A stretch of 64,000 bases of DNA from Psammoneis japonica (taxonomy: Eukaryota), in assembly GCA_008632985.1 (NCBI GenBank), contig QPGO01000050.1:248001-312000 (forward strand), read 5' to 3'. Position numbers and translations under genes: made by a program. The notes under the pieces were generated by a model. It ran no database searches. It was not told where the DNA came from and saw only the letters and a program-made list of their open reading frames with translations. This document shows, in pieces, positions 62,741 to 64,000 of the stretch (positions are counted from its first letter, which is position 1; the number at the start of each line of letters is the position of its first letter).

Positions 62741-64000
62741 AGTTGCAAGTTCTCGAAATTGCTGTCCTGTTTTGGTGGAACACGAACGCCATGACGGAAC
62801 ATTGGTTGCCAAAGTGAACTTTGAGGGGAAGAATGAACTGCTTTTCAAAGAAGTGAGGCATTTGAAGTGGCCAGGGCTTGAACGCAAGATTCCTCGTACG
62901 CTGACTCTTGCATCCGAAGAATCCATGTCGTGCTGTCCTCCTGCCATTGACATCAAGAAGACCATGAGCTGTCACCACAGGAGCTGCAAATGAGTGGCTG
63001 TGCAAGTGCAACAAACTCATGGCAGCAAGACAAGAAGTTGTTGCATGACAGGACCAAGTCAATGCAAGAAATGCAAAAGGGAGGGTGTGTCATGTGCAAA
63101 ACAAAGACAGCCAACTGCTGCATGGGGTGTCACATGCATTGATGCAATTGCTCCTCCACAATGAAGGAAAGAGTGTGCAGGAGTTTGCCATGGGCCCCAT
63201 CCTTTGCCATTTGCAGCTGTGACAAACAATGCATCCAGCCCAGTTGCATGTGAATTTTCCACACCAAACTTTGGCACCAAAACAGAAAGAGAAGAAGTTC
63301 ACAGAACATTGGTGCCACAAAGCCAATGACTGTGCATCCATTCTAGATGCTTGCTTTGCTCAAGGGCACCACGCAGCTCTGCACCCAGATGCACAGCAGT
63401 GCCACAATGATTTTAAAGACAAGCAAACACACATGGGGCACCAGTTTTTTTAATTCAATGCAAACCCATCAAGAGTGTTGTCTTTTGCAGTTGGCTGCCT
63501 TTGCTTGGTGCAACCCCCCTGCACTTTCATTGCATTTTGGTTGGTTGCCATGCAAGGTTTGTGCAGCACTGCTGTGGACATGTGAAAAGCTGCTTTGGGG
63601 TCACATGCTGATGAGGATGACCAACAATGCACAAATTTTGAGGCAACTGTTTGGAAGAACTTAAAGAAATTGCCACATCAACTGCGACCCAACCCAACCA
63701 TCAACTGTGGCAACAGCCCCAGTTGAGCCAGTGCAATGCTGTGTGACAAGATGTGCAATGTGCAACAAATGCAAAAGTCATGAGAGGCATCAGAGCAAAA
63801 AAGAGGCAGCACAATTCTGCAACAATGGAAAGTGCTGCAGAGTTGCGTGCACAAGCCCTCTGACAGTTTCTCTGTGCATTTGCACAGATTTCACACAAGC
63901 AGCCTCCTCACAGGGGGGTCCCATTCACTGGCCCAAACAAACTCTTTCTTGGACACAAAATGTTTTTGACAATTGCCAGCTTGGCGGAGACAGGTTTGGA

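Noticed and set aside
26819..64000. Alternative genetic code or genuine Cys/His-rich protein families
   Set aside because: Non-coding DNA, TIRs and TSDs show the same TA loss on both strands, and adjacent genes use the standard code.
63060..64000. Possible degenerate copia gag fragment
   Set aside because: The resemblance is too weak after hypermutation, and no LTR, PBS or pol motif is visible within the window.

Overview
Eukaryotic, intron-containing DNA, most likely from a diatom or other stramenopile (inferred from short GT-AG introns, a signal peptide + SAF plastid-type motif and the transposon types). The window has two domains joined at a poly-C/N gap near 26.8 kb. (1) 0.4-26.7 kb is a compact run of housekeeping genes: glyoxalase/VOC, alpha/beta-hydrolase-like, SmB, Tim44-like, acyltransferase-3, PUS7/TruD, PrimPol, GNAT, Vti1-like SNARE, C2-domain membrane protein, PITH and a KA1-like protein. 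(2) 26.8-64 kb is a nest of repeats: three copies of an unclassified ~4.4-kb element encoding a PIP-box protein, a full-length MULE (106-bp TIRs, 9-bp TSD), a Plavaka/CMC element, a non-autonomous piggyBac, duplicated non-LTR RNase H fragments and a 223-bp tandem repeat. The main signal is a repeat-associated, regional, double-stranded hypermutation that converts TpA to TpG or CpA (A:T->G:C at TpA, the reverse of fungal RIP). It removes most Tyr codons and TAA/TAG stops, outpaces CpG decay and stops at sharp boundaries inside elements. Its direction is fixed by paralog comparisons, TIR comparisons, conserved motifs and a piggyBac TTAA target site that now reads TTGA.
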